From: Nitrososphaerales archaeon
GTDB lineage: Archaea > Thermoproteota > Nitrososphaeria > Nitrososphaerales > UBA213
Assembly (NCBI GenBank): GCA_965197925.1
Contig: CBDAOC010000001.1
Coordinates: forward strand, 24,724 to 88,723
Reading direction: 5' to 3'
DNA: 64,000 nucleotides
The notes below the pieces were generated by a model that saw only the letters and a program-made list of their open reading frames with translations, was not told where the DNA came from and did no database searches. Numbering within the stretch: position 1 is the first letter of the stretch; every line of letters starts with the position of its first letter. The position numbers were made by a program, and so were the translations under genes. Of the stretch, positions 33,621 through 45,414 are shown in pieces.

Positions 33621-34711
33621 GAGACTTGGGCATAATTCAATTATAATATTATTTTGAAATTATTACTATTAGCTTCCCAACATATACTTCAATGCCCTAA
33701 GAGGCCTTCCTGTCAAGTAGTTGTAGTAAACCATTACCTGATACAACAATACTGATAACAACACTATACTCCTTACCTTATCAAATCCTCTAACTGGCAA
33801 TGGATCTATGGTAAATACATCCTTCATATGCTCTATCAATGGCTCAACGCTTATGCTCCTCCGAGAATATACATGCTGCCCATATTCAGAGTTATAGAAC
33901 TGCAGCAATGCCAGTCTATTATTATCTGTAGCATGCCTATACCTTTCCAATGGGAATACTGGATGCCCTCTATACCTGCTGAAATCACATAACTTGTGAT
34001 CATCATATCCTTCATCTCCTACAACATACCTTACCATTCCTGTAGGCAATGAAGATGTTATGCTTTCATACATCTTGTTATCAGTAATGTTAGCTGTTGT
34101 GAAATCAGCTGATAATGGAACTATCAATGAACCTGTGCTACATGCTAGATGCATCTTGTATCCAAATACCCATCCCTTGGTTCTGCTGAATCCCCATCGA
34201 GCATCTGTATCTATACCCGAGCGTGGCACTTCATTCTTCATGTTTGATCTATGCCATACATGTCCCTTTGCTTTCAACAATGAACTGTCAACGGATACTA
34301 TGGATGAGTCTACCAACCCATCTTTTATGAAGAGCATACCCATAACATCTATCCTTGATCTTATGTCAATTGATATGGTCTTGACCTTCTGTCGAATGTT
34401 CTTTTATCTGGCAACCTATCAAGACCACATGATTCCATAACTCTCCTGTTGTATGGCATGTCTATCGAAAAATATTGATGTAACACATTGTTGCTTGGTA
34501 TTCTTACCCATACTCTAACGATGAAGCATCTCATCATTACTGTAGGAGAATAGTAGAATGGTCTACCTCTTTTCCTATTAGGTTTTGTCCAAGGAATCAC
34601 GTCAATCAAAAATAATATACGAAGAAGTATCGAGTCTGAGCTAAACATATCAACAATGAAAAATGGAACCTGATCTTATCGTTTCGACCGGCTTAATTAT
34701 GCCCAAGCCTC
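33621..34711 (-). mobile_element. IS type A copy 2 (1091 bp)
   Basis: IRs GAGACTTGGGCATAATT and AATTATGCCCAAGCCTC; split transposase 34361-34648 plus 33669-34343. Confidence 0.93.
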
Positions 34712-34937
34712 AAATACATAGGAAGCGGTTAATGGTATAATACCGATTAGTGGATTTACAGCTGAGAAGAGGCGACGTAAATCCAGTTCTGTTTATTGCA
34801 CCGTGATGTTTATTCTGGTTACTTAGTTAAACTAAATTATTGAAGAGTCTCTAATGTTCAATTCAATTAGTTGATCATCAATATTTGTTTCTTGTAATAG
34901 CCTAACTGGTATTTTGAGCCGATAGTTCACATGAGTT

Positions 34938-35393
34938 CTAATTACATTCGTGGATCGGAAATGCCGAGGAGTATTCGACTCTGAATTTCCTTCCCCAACC
35001 TTTAGCTTGCTTAGCTACCTGTAGTAGGAACAAACCCTTCAAGTAGGTATACCAACCCTCAGCGATCAGTGAGCGCGCATATGATTCAAGGGCAAAACGC
35101 TGCTCCTCAAGTAATCTGAAGAACTTGTCGGCCGAACCAAAAGCTCTCACTACAAATTCGAATGCTTCTCTGCTAGTTGCGACAGGGCAAGCTATTTCTG
35201 ACAACCGTTTGTATCCAGAATTCATTGATCGGTACGCGTTACCAAAATCCGTATCCTCCATATAAGAAGAAAAGCGAGCACATGGGGACGAAAAGGCATT
35301 TTTGGAAATTGAATTATTAACAAACGAAACGGATATACCCGTATTGGTTTTTCCGATTATCTGATTTAGATAATCCAGGAGCCTCATAGTCAT
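34938..35393 (-). CDS. Hypothetical protein
   Basis: 151-aa ORF with upstream TTTAAATA. Confidence 0.5.
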   Translation of the reverse strand: MTMRLLDYLNQIIGKTNTGISVSFVNNSISKNAFSSPCARFSSYMEDTDFGNAYRSMNSGYKRLSEIACPVATSREAFEFVVRAFGSADKFFRLLEEQRFALESYARSLIAEGWYTYLKGLFLLQVAKQAKGWGRKFRVEYSSAFPIHECN

Positions 35394-35860
35394 GTCTGTA
35401 CGCCTAGACTACAATATTATTTAAAGTTTGGACATTTTATCAAGTGAAGTTGAAAGCGACGGGAAAAAATATTTAGATACTATCTAACTCACCAAATGGG
35501 TTCTATACCTTGAAACCTAAAAAAAGGACAAGCCGACCTTGAATAGACCCCTAATTAATCAGGATCATTTATTAGAATTCCCTTTGGGCTTGTTTGTCAA
35601 GAAATTCTTACACAATTGGAATCGTAAACATTAATTGTCATTAACGGATGCGCCAATTTTCATTATCACCAACCTAATTACTTTATTCTGACGTTGTCAT
35701 TTGTTTTTCCGTAATCTGTGGAAGTTGTTTGAATGACATGATAAATCAACGGTTATACTGATCAGAATCGCATCATATCAAATATTCACAATCTTCTGAC
35801 TAATAATTCGGCACAGCATATATAGAAGCCGCTTGAAGAAATAACAGAAGTGAAATTATA

Positions 35861-36451
35861 ATGGATCCTGAAATTGAGCAGAGTAGAAAGGCTACTTATA
35901 GAATTAATTCCCTGATATTGAACAGATGGTCTCCAAGATCCATGACGGGAGAAGAGTTGAATCATGAAGAGCTGATGAGCCTGTTTGAAGCTGCAAGATG
36001 GGCTCCGTCTTCATACAATAACCAACCATGGAGATTCATTTATGCAAAGCTTAACACGCAACAGTGGGACAGATTCTACAATCTAATGGTAGAGGGTAAC
36101 AAGAGCTGGGCAAAGGAGGCTTCCGTACTTGTTGTAGTCATTTCCAGGAAGAATTTCGAGTTTAACGAGAAACCATCAATAACCCATGAATTGGACACTG
36201 GTGCTGCATGGGAAAAGTTGGCATTAGAGGCAACTTCAAAAGGTTTAGTTACACATGGTCTACAGGGGTTTGATTACGAAAGAGCGAGGGAAGTTTTGGA
36301 AATTCCGGATAGCTATGATGTGTTAGCTATGGTTGCCATAGGCAAAAAGGCTCCAAAGGAGAATCTCCCCCACAACTTCAGGAAAGAGAATTCCCTAGTG
36401 AAAGAAAACCCTTGAAAGAAATTGTGATGGAAGGAAAATTTATACCCTGAA
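35861..36451 (+). CDS. Nitroreductase family protein, C-terminus probably frameshifted
   Basis: Motifs RWSPR, ARWAPSSYNNQPWRF and DTGAAW. The family tail (PSERKPLKEIVMEGKF) is in another frame. Confidence 0.85.
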
Positions 36452-36595
36452 TTAGAAGAATCTCCAATCCCTAACAGAATCCAAATTTGCAAAAGATAAT
36501 TAATTTTTTCTGTCATTACAACCAATTAACCCCAACGCTGGGTTTGATTTATTTTTCAATTTGTAAAATGAAGGTATATTATTGTTAATCGATAC

Positions 36596-36785
36596 TTGTA
36601 GAATTAGAGTTTACAGTGGATGTGATTGCTTTGACCGTAAAACTTAGTTACGGACTTGACTTAAAACGTGGCTCCGTCAGATGTGACACATCGTGATTCC
36701 TTCATGTGTAGAAGTGGGCAATATACCATAAATTGATCACTTGACAATTACACATACAATTGGCTAGGATGTATGAATTCTAGAG
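36596..36785 (-). mobile_element. Degenerate IS end remnant
   Basis: Weak similarity to 30232-30431 (GATGTGATTGCT..GATTCCTTCATGTGTAG). Confidence 0.4.
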
Positions 36786-36829
36786 TATCATGATTTAAAA
36801 ATTAAATAGTTCCTTATTCACTTTAGGTT

Positions 36830-37321
36830 ATGTCTACAGAAGAATATGTTAAACCAGAAGAAGGGGACATTTTACCAGAACTGACTCAACATACTGAAGA
36901 TCTGAAATTGTTCTAACTAGAAACAGAAAGACCTGTTATGAAAGCAGCAACCAAACCTACATCTCATGGATGTATCGGTTTGGGAAAAAGGCTAGAAGTA
37001 TGTTGTGATGTTTATGATGGAAAAGTAGATATCTATATGAACATTTTGGGACAGCGAGTAGCTGGTAGAAGCATTGATTCCAATGGCACGACTCAAGACT
37101 ATGCAGCAAATATAGGATTTGCTAAGGTTAGTGGAAGTTATCGTGTAGATTGGAACAAGAAAACGGTCTCAGTAAAAGGAAAGGCCTGTTACTGGAAAGT
37201 AGTAAAATGGGTTGCGTATCCTACAGCAAAACTATCTTATCTTGGTAGTTTTGCCATTTTTTCAATTAAAGTATCAATATTCAAAATAGATACAAAATTT
37301 TTATCCAATATGGGAATGTAA
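36830..37321 (+). pseudogene. Small hypothetical protein gene with internal stops
   Basis: ATG at about 36830, stops near 36914, ORF resumes at 36938. Confidence 0.35.
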
Positions 37322-38155
37322 AGTAAAAGAAAGATGATTCCAAAAATGCATAATCTTATCTAGGATTATGGCAAACTGATTCGATGTGTAAAAGAAGGGC
37401 CGGGTTGAAGGTGACAAGTGTAAAATATGGAGGGAGACAAAAATATCAATATAGATCCAAAGTTGATCTGGTGCAGAAAAATTTGGGAATTATGAAATTA
37501 TTGATGGTAATAACATTCTCATAAGTAAACACGATATTGGTTACTTTATCGCAATGAATCAAGATGCAATAGAAATGTTATGTTCACTATTCACTACTTT
37601 TGTTTGTCGTTATGGTTTATGTTCCTCCCATGGTAACATTTTGTGAAGAATCCCCTGGTATAGAAAAAATCGAGATCACCGGTACTACAGTTATACCAGA
37701 ATTTCATCTAGATCTCGTTGTCTTGTCTGCTACTTTCCTGGAATCCTGCTAGTGGTTTTATATCGAGTAAGCCCAAGATCCAGGGTACTGTGCCCCAGAG
37801 TGATGAGTTAGGTATTCCGGTCTTTGCCCTGTAAGAATGCTTCTCTAAGGATTTCATGATGTTCAATTCATCACATTCCGGTATAGACTTTCTAGTCATT
37901 ATTGGTTTATGATTTAATAGAACACTCCAATGGTTAGTTGACATTACCATCTTTAAGGTTGTACTAAGAAGATGGGTAAAGAAGAATTTGTCGAGGAAGC
38001 ATTTTCATGATCTTTAGTCTGAATAAATAGTAGAAAAGATACCATTCTGAATACCTACTATAGACATACCATTCTGAATACCTAGTTGATAAGACATCAA
38101 ACATAATTAGGGAATGTCAAATCTCTCATTTAGGACCATGATATGAAATCGTAAG

Positions 38156-38943
38156 ATGACCAAGTTACTTAATCCGCTGCAGTCAAGAGCGACAGCAATA
38201 GTTTTGAGCTTACTTCTGCTAGGTTCAGGAGCCTTGTACGTGAAGCAAGCCGGCGCTGAAGAAGGAGAAACTTTTGATGTTTCGGCAGACTCTACCTCAA
38301 CAAAACTCCTCCCGATGTTAACAATGGAAATAAAATCTTCCTTCGTGTAGCTGGTACTGATATTCTGAGCACAAGGGCAGTTGTGAAGTTTGACCAAGAC
38401 CAGATTGAAAACAGCTCTAGCGGCACGCTGATTTCGGCCACATTACAACTTGAGATTGATGTAACCAACAACAATTAGGGTAGTGGTAGAACCATCGACA
38501 TCCATAGGTTGACTAGCCCTTGGAATGAAACAGATGTCACATGGAATTTTCCAGAGTACCACCGGAGGTGATTTCGTAGCAACAGCCACAGACACAGTCA
38601 CCATCACCAATGGTCAGACTAACACCGTTGAGTTTGACATCCTAGAGGACATCGAAGCGTTCGTTTCTGGAACGCCAAATTATGGTTGGATTATCAAGAA
38701 GGTCGATGAGACATCTGGGTGTGGTATTGACTTTAAATCGAGGGAAGCAGGAACGCCAAAATTGGTGATTGCATTCTCGTCTCCATTAACCACAAGTGGT
38801 GGTAATGGTTGCCGCACATGGACCACGTTGAATGACGAAGCAATAGCAGAACTCCCTACAAATGTGGATCATAGGCGATGCACAATAATCGACAACAAAG
38901 CACCCAAGATTGTAAGAGCATTCATGACACCAGGTAATTATCT
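38156..38943 (+). pseudogene. Secreted DNRLRE-domain-like protein, frameshifted and IS-truncated
   Basis: Signal peptide; fragments RAVVKFD, ISATLQL, HRLTSPWNETDVTWN, NYGWIIK and SREAGTPKLVI. Confidence 0.75.
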
Positions 38944-40034
38944 GAGGCTTGGGCGTAATTTAGTTCGAAACGATAAGATCAGGTTCCATTTTTCATTGTT
39001 GATATGTTTAGCTCAGACTCGATACTTCTTCGTATATTATTTTTGATTGACGTGATTCCTTGGACAAAACCTAATAGGAAAAGAGGTAGACCATTCTACT
39101 ATTCTCCTACAGTAATGATGAGATGCTTCATCGTTAGAGTATGGGTAAGAATACCAAGCAACAATGTGTTACATCAATATTTTTCGATAGACATGCCATA
39201 CAACAGGAAGGTAATGAAGGCATGTGGTCTTGATAGGTTGCCAGATAAAAGAACATTCGACAGAAGGTCAAGACCATATCAATTGACATAAGATCAAGGA
39301 TAGATGTTATGGGTATGCTCTTCATAAAAGATGGGTTGGTAGACTCATCCATAGTATCCGTTGACAGTTCATTGTTGAAAGCAAAGGGACATGTATGGCA
39401 TAGATCAAACATGAAGAAGAATGAAGTGCCACGCTCGGGTATAGATACAGATGCTCGATGGGGATTCAGCAGAACCAAGGGATGGGTATTTGGATACAAG
39501 ATGCATCTAGCATGTAGCACAGGTTCATTGATAGTTCCATTATCAGCTGATTTCACAACAGCTAACATTACTGATAACAAGATGTATGAAAGCATAACAT
39601 CTTCATTGCCTACAGGAATGGTAAGGTATGTTGTAGGAGATGAAGGATATGATGATCACAAGTTATGTGATTTCAGCAGGTATAGAGGGCATCCAGTATT
39701 CCCATTGGAAAGGTATAGGCATGCTACAGATAATAATAGACTGGCATTGCTGCAGTTCTATAACTCTGAATATGGGCAGCATGTATATTCTCGGAGGAGC
39801 ATAAGCGTTGAGCCATTGATAGAGCATATGAAGGATGTATTTACCATAGATCCATTGCCAGTTAGAGGATTTGATAAGGTAAGGAGTATAGTGTTGTTAT
39901 CAGTATTGTTGTATCAGGTAATGGTTTACTACAACTACTTGACAGGAAGGCCTCTTAGGGCATTGAAGTATATGTTGGGAAGCTAATAGTAATAATTTCA
40001 AAATAATATTATAATTGAATTATGCCCAAGTCTC
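38944..40034 (+). mobile_element. IS type A copy 3 (1091 bp)
   Basis: Same IRs; ORFs 39004-39291 and 39309-39986. Confidence 0.93.
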
Positions 40035-40399
40035 ATGTATTTAGTAAACTATACAGAGGAAATCAAACTGGACAAGGCATCACATACCTTAACAAACAGG
40101 AATTCGAGCTCCTTCCTATACTCATCTATGTTTTTGATTATTTTTTCAATAGCCTCGACCCATCTAACTCAGAAGGCAAGATTTACACTATGTGCGGGGA
40201 GATAAAAATTCTTAATGTACCTCATTTTCTTTAAAACTTAAGGAAATATACTGAGGATTCATAGACTTGGTAAATACTAGGAAATACAGTCCTGTTCATT
40301 CCCTATTAAATCCATACAAGACAAATAGTATTTCATTCTTAAAAAGTAGAAAAGGTACCCTCCATAATAAAAAAACTGAGATTGGTTTGGGCTATATCA

Positions 40400-40636
40400 T
40401 TACTTCTTGGCTTCAGAAGAAACAGCATTTGCTTTCACTCTTGCAATCAGAATAATAACAATAACAGCGATTGTGGTAACAACTATCGCATAGATCAACA
40501 ATTGTTGGATATTTTCCGCATCTCCGAAGACTGTTTTGAATATAGTTTGTATGGTTGTTTTCCATGCCAAAGCTGCTACTAGGCCAAAAGAAAAAGTCAA
40601 TAGGGCCGCTAGCTTTTCGATTATTTCCAGCTTCAT
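40400..40636 (-). CDS. Small membrane protein (DUF5654-like)
   Basis: Motifs SFGLVAALAW and YAIVVT. Confidence 0.75.
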   Translation of the reverse strand: MKLEIIEKLAALLTFSFGLVAALAWKTTIQTIFKTVFGDAENIQQLLIYAIVVTTIAVIVIILIARVKANAVSSEAKK

Positions 40637-41351
40637 ACTGGACTTCTTTTCTTCTTAACTCGTCATTCTTGTTTCAATCCGAAAGTCGGAAAATGAGATT
40701 TATATTTTATGCGGAAAATATGTACCCAACAAGAGTGTACAAGTTTATCACGATATGGATATAGAATGTGTTCTTTTCATGTCTGAGGTTTGCAAAAGAG
40801 GATTCAATGTTGGAAGTAAGTAGAAACAGTAAATACTGATAATACTAAATTTGTGAAGATCAATATTCATTGAGAATCACTTTCGTATCTAATTGAATAC
40901 CAAACACGTAAACCTTTCAGTATATTTCTTCAAATCGCAAAGGGTTTGGTAAATGGGAGAAGAACTAATCGTTGAAGCCCTAAGGAAGGGGAATGACAGT
41001 TTGATTATTACCAAAGTCACCGTTGAACGTTGAGTTCGGTACCATGATTAAGGAAGACAATAAGATATTTAGCTGTTACTATGTTGTTTTAGTCAAGAGA
41101 ATTATTCCTTCTGGTTGTGTAGTGGGAGGACCTCAAACCTCTAGAGTGTTTGATACCTTAATACGGAAAAATTATTGCTGGTCAACCAAGTGAAATGAAT
41201 ACAATAGACTTGTGTATATTGATACGAGATTAAATGACTTATTTCAACGAGTCTACATCCAATATAAGTAATGGATAGTGAATCTTAAATGATAAGGAAT
41301 TAGTAAAAAGAAAAAGAGGAAAAGTTATGGAGTCGAGTCGGGATTCTTTCT

Positions 41352-41741
41352 TTATGCGTGGATGCCTATCTTCTGCTTCTCTTCCCTGTTAGCCAGGAAT
41401 GAGGTCATCCAACCTAAGATGGCACCAAAGAGAGCATACTGTAGTAATGGCACAAGTAATTCTGTGTACGGCATTGATTCTGGCTTTGCTATTACAGCGA
41501 AAGATACCAATCCAGTAATTACACCCAATGATACTGCATCTTTGGTTCTTACTGGTTTAACACTATCGTTGGATGTCAACACACCATATATTGCACCTAC
41601 GATTAGAGTGGTAGGCAATAGCACTTGAAGGTCCAGAGTGTTTGTACCAAACATAGTAACCGCTAACACCAGTCCTGCAATGAGTCCTGCAATCGCTCCA
41701 TTTCGAATACCCTTCTTTATTTCGTACTTGTTGTTTGACAT
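41352..41741 (-). CDS. Hypothetical four-TM membrane protein
   Basis: GAIAGLIAG and LFGAILG helices. Confidence 0.65.
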   Translation of the reverse strand: MSNNKYEIKKGIRNGAIAGLIAGLVLAVTMFGTNTLDLQVLLPTTLIVGAIYGVLTSNDSVKPVRTKDAVSLGVITGLVSFAVIAKPESMPYTELLVPLLQYALFGAILGWMTSFLANREEKQKIGIHA

Positions 41742-42351
41742 ATTTGTCGATAGCCATAGATGCAATGTAATATCCTTAAGCTTAGATAGTATAATGTTGA
41801 TCTAGGAGTTGTCATATTATACACCATCGAAGGACAATATGCATGTCAACATTTGTTGCATGGATGCGATGGTTTTGTTCTTCCAATCTCATATGATGTT
41901 GCATCTCATCATCAAGGATAATGAGAGGAATTGAAACTTTGATTTGATGTATTTAAAGATAAATGAATTCCAAGTTTGCACATGTTCATTTGTTCAGCTC
42001 GGTAAAAATAAATTTGGATTGCGGCTATGGAGGATAGCTGTCATACAAGCAGAAATTGAAAAGGAAGAGATAGTGCCAACGAAATTTTGACAGTGGAAAT
42101 TAGTCCAGATATTTTGGCCAAGATGCCTGAATGATTCGTAAGATTATGGAAACTATATTTAGAGACGATTAACAAGACACACCCGAAGAGTTCTCACCAT
42201 ATGATAAGAAAAACGGCGACATAGAGAGGGGTGAACAGATATTGTCGAATTCGTCAGATTGGTATGATGAGATTGCTGGGGAAATCAGGAGATACAGGGA
42301 TAAGTTTGGCGAGAGGGCGTAAAAGAAGTACAAGATGATTTTCTTCTCAGA

Positions 42352-42724
42352 GTGGCGAAGAGAGTCGACAGCTTCTCCATGGGCTGCGATGAATGCCAGC
42401 AGTTTCGAGGGGAAATCACAAAGCTTGTCAGGAACCTAGGTGATCCAGCTTCTTCGACAAAAGAAGAGCGCAAAAACCACTCAAGGGTCATTAACACCAT
42501 GACAAAACATCTCCAGAAACTTCACAAATTGGTCATGGCGGGAGAGAACGTTGGGAAACTGACTGGTATGGTCATGGTATTTGGTAGTTCCTTTGGCGTC
42601 GTCTTTGGCGCCGTGCTTGGAAATGTAAGTGGCGGAATTACCTTCGGAATGATCATCGGGCTAATGATAGGCGCCGCGATTGGAGCTTCGCTAGACGCGA
42701 GAGCAAAGAAGGGGCAGGATTATC
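42352..42724 (+). pseudogene. Gly-rich membrane protein, 3' end abutting the IS6 element
   Basis: CxxC motif plus Gly-zipper TMs; the frame runs into the TIR. Confidence 0.55.
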
Positions 42725-42746
42725 GGTTCTGTAACATCTTCGAGAC

Positions 42747-45140
42747 CTATTTTTTCTGAAATGAACTGTCTATTGCTAGTTTACAATTATCCCCAATCAA
42801 GTTATTCATTTCTAAATATGCCTTGTCTAATGATTTCTTATATTGTTCAATTTTGCCTGTAAGCGTAGTAAATTCACTCATTATTTTTAATTTTTGTTTA
42901 TCTGTAGGTAAATAAATTGACAGTTTTAGCAGATAGTCAGATTTAACACGTCTCCTATTGGTTGTTCCACGAGATAATTTTTCTAAAATACTTTCAAAAT
43001 CACCATATTTGATACATGCTTCCAAATATTCCAAATCTACAATATGACTATCAATTTGAAATAAAGGAAAATCAGAAGTCACAACAGCACCATCTAATTC
43101 TTTTGGAATTATTGCCAACGCTCCATTTCTAGCATCAATTTTAGATATTATCAAATTATTTTTTCTTGCTACATACTGTACTTTGGTAAGAATTTCTTTA
43201 CCTTTGATTGTTTTTCTAAGAATTGCACCCCTACCATGTAGTTGAACCCTAACTTGTTTGTAATTTATATTATCTTCAACCATTATTTTTTCATTACATG
43301 GAATAAGAAACTTGGAAAAACTGACAAATCCATCATTCTCAATGTCTGATTTTACATTGTATGTCTTGAATAATAAATCATAATTATTTTCTTTAATTCT
43401 ATCAATCGTAACCAAACATGATTTTTCTGAATTTCTTTGCTCAGACCATTTACTCAATAAATCAGGAATGTCATTTTGTTTTATGGGTCTCCTAAAATCA
43501 CTGTTAAGATCAAAACCATCTTGTTCTAAATTATAAAACCAAACTTGTTTAGTGCCACTTGGTTTTTCTTGATTAATACATTTCTCAAAAAATATTATGT
43601 TTGTTTTATTCTGTTTTGCGTATGGACGAAACACGCCTGCAGGCAATGAGATTATAGCCTTAACATCACATCTTTGCAACAAATATTTACGTACCTTTAA
43701 TTCTGTACCACTTCTAAAAAGCAAGCCTTCTGGTATTACTACTGCAGCTCTCCCCCCACTCGTCATACTTTCAATAATATGTTGCAAAAATATGGCATCT
43801 CCGTTTTTGCCAATTATCGGATAATAATTTCCATAATCTGTCTCTTGTCCATAAGGGGGATTTGCTACAACATCATATTGCTCTTTTATTGGATTTGCCA
43901 AACTGTCCATTTGTTCTATGTTGTTATGCCCATCACCTGTAATGATCATGTTCATTTTTGCAATTTTGGCAGTTCCTGTAAATTCTCTGCCATAGATAGT
44001 CTCTTCCTTTAATTTTTTGATAATGTTTTTGTCTTGTGCAGATCTTTTTTTGATTTAATTAAATGCAGAAATTAAAAATCCACCTGTACCACATGTAGGA
44101 TCATAAATCTTTTCACCGAACTTGGGCTCAACCAAGTCAATCATTAGGTTTACAATATGTCGAGGCGTAAAATACTCTCCAAGATCATTTCCTATGGTTA
44201 TTGATGTTTTAAGAAAATACTCAAAAGCATCTCCTTTTACATCTGAATCCGTATTTGTTGAATTAATTTTAGATAATTTGTCCACTATGGATTTCAAAGT
44301 AATGTGATTTTGTATTCGTAACTCAGTTTCAAACACGTCTACACTATGATTGTATTTGTTGACTAATCTAGGCAATACTATCTTGTTTACATAATCTAGC
44401 ATTTCTTCTGATTGTCTTGTATTGAAAGCATCCCAACAATATTTAGCTTCTAGTATGCGTTCTTCACCTTCCTTCTCTCGGTTTTCCTCAATTTCACTAA
44501 TCAATTTCAAAAACAATATGTTTGAAAATTCTGTAAATCGTTCTATTCCTTCACGTAGTCCTTCTTTTCTTAGCATCTTATTTGCATATCTGAAAACATT
44601 GATCAGTTCGGTACGTGAATGTTTTACTTCTGGGGTTTCTTCTGAAATATTATGCCCTTCATTGATGAATCTAAGTATGTATTTTTCATTTATCAGTTGA
44701 GTTACGGTAACACCATCTATCTTTAGCTCCTCATACTCATCAAGTTTCTCTGATTTGAAAAATGAACCATCGTATGCAAAAACTATCTTGACACCTAATG
44801 TTTTTGCATATAGTTTTTTTGCCTGTTCTAATGCTTCATCCACATTCTGACCTTTTCTTTTGGCTTCAATTACTGCAATAGGTTTGTCTGAATTTGATTT
44901 GTATAGAACATAATTAGGAGGTTTTTTGAATCCACTGATTTTCTTTAGTTTTATGTTTTGTTCCTCGGTCTTTGCTCTTTCGGTAGTTACATTACATTCT
45001 TTTGAAAATTCATCGGTATGCCATCCTAAATTATCTAACATCTGATCAATTTTTTTCCTGGTAGCGGTTTCTAACGGATCTGTTTGTTTCATTTCTTTGT
45101 ACTCCTTTTTTTGAGAGGAATTTTTCTTGGCTTGTTCCAA
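42747..45140 (-). pseudogene. Fused restriction-modification gene (nuclease-like N-domain, N6-adenine MTase, one TRD) split by an in-frame TAA
   Basis: Motifs IEAK, GEYFTP, DPTCGTGGFL, NPPY and an HsdS-like tail. The two ORFs are in frame across the stop at 44055-44057. Confidence 0.88.
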
Positions 45141-45271
45141 TAAGGACTTTTACAACTAGGGCAAATAGTAGGAATTTCAATCTCATTAGGATTTTCTTGA
45201 TTGATTGTTTTTGGATGCCATACGTGATTACATCTTTCACATTGATAACCCTTTAGCTGTATTATAGCCAT
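45089..45271 (-). CDS. Small zinc-finger protein
   Basis: CERCNHVW...CPSCKSPYW. Confidence 0.75.
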   Translation of the reverse strand: MAIIQLKGYQCERCNHVWHPKTINQENPNEIEIPTICPSCKSPYWNKPRKIPLKKRSTKK

Positions 45272-45312
45272 TGTTTATTCAACATTGTTTAAACAACTAT
45301 GTTATTTAAATA

Positions 45313-45384
45313 TATAAGTATGGGTTATGTTTATATTATAAGTATGGGTTATGTTTATATTATAAGTATGGGTTATGTTTATAT
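45313..45384 (+). repeat. 24-bp tandem repeat, three units
   Basis: Unit TATAAGTATGGGTTATGTTTATAT. Confidence 0.97.
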
Positions 45385-45414
45385 GTTATACAAACTATAC
45401 ATATACAGTAAGAA

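Noticed and set aside
38039..38084. 19-bp direct repeat ATACCATTCTGAATACCTA, two copies
   Set aside because: Two copies with an 8-nt gap; most likely a local duplication.
40978..41000. Possible inverted partner of the putative casposon end after aEF-2
   Set aside because: Only a short, gapped, purine-rich resemblance with no adjacent aEF-2 target copy.
45313..45384. CRISPR array
   Set aside because: Head-to-tail repeats with no spacers.
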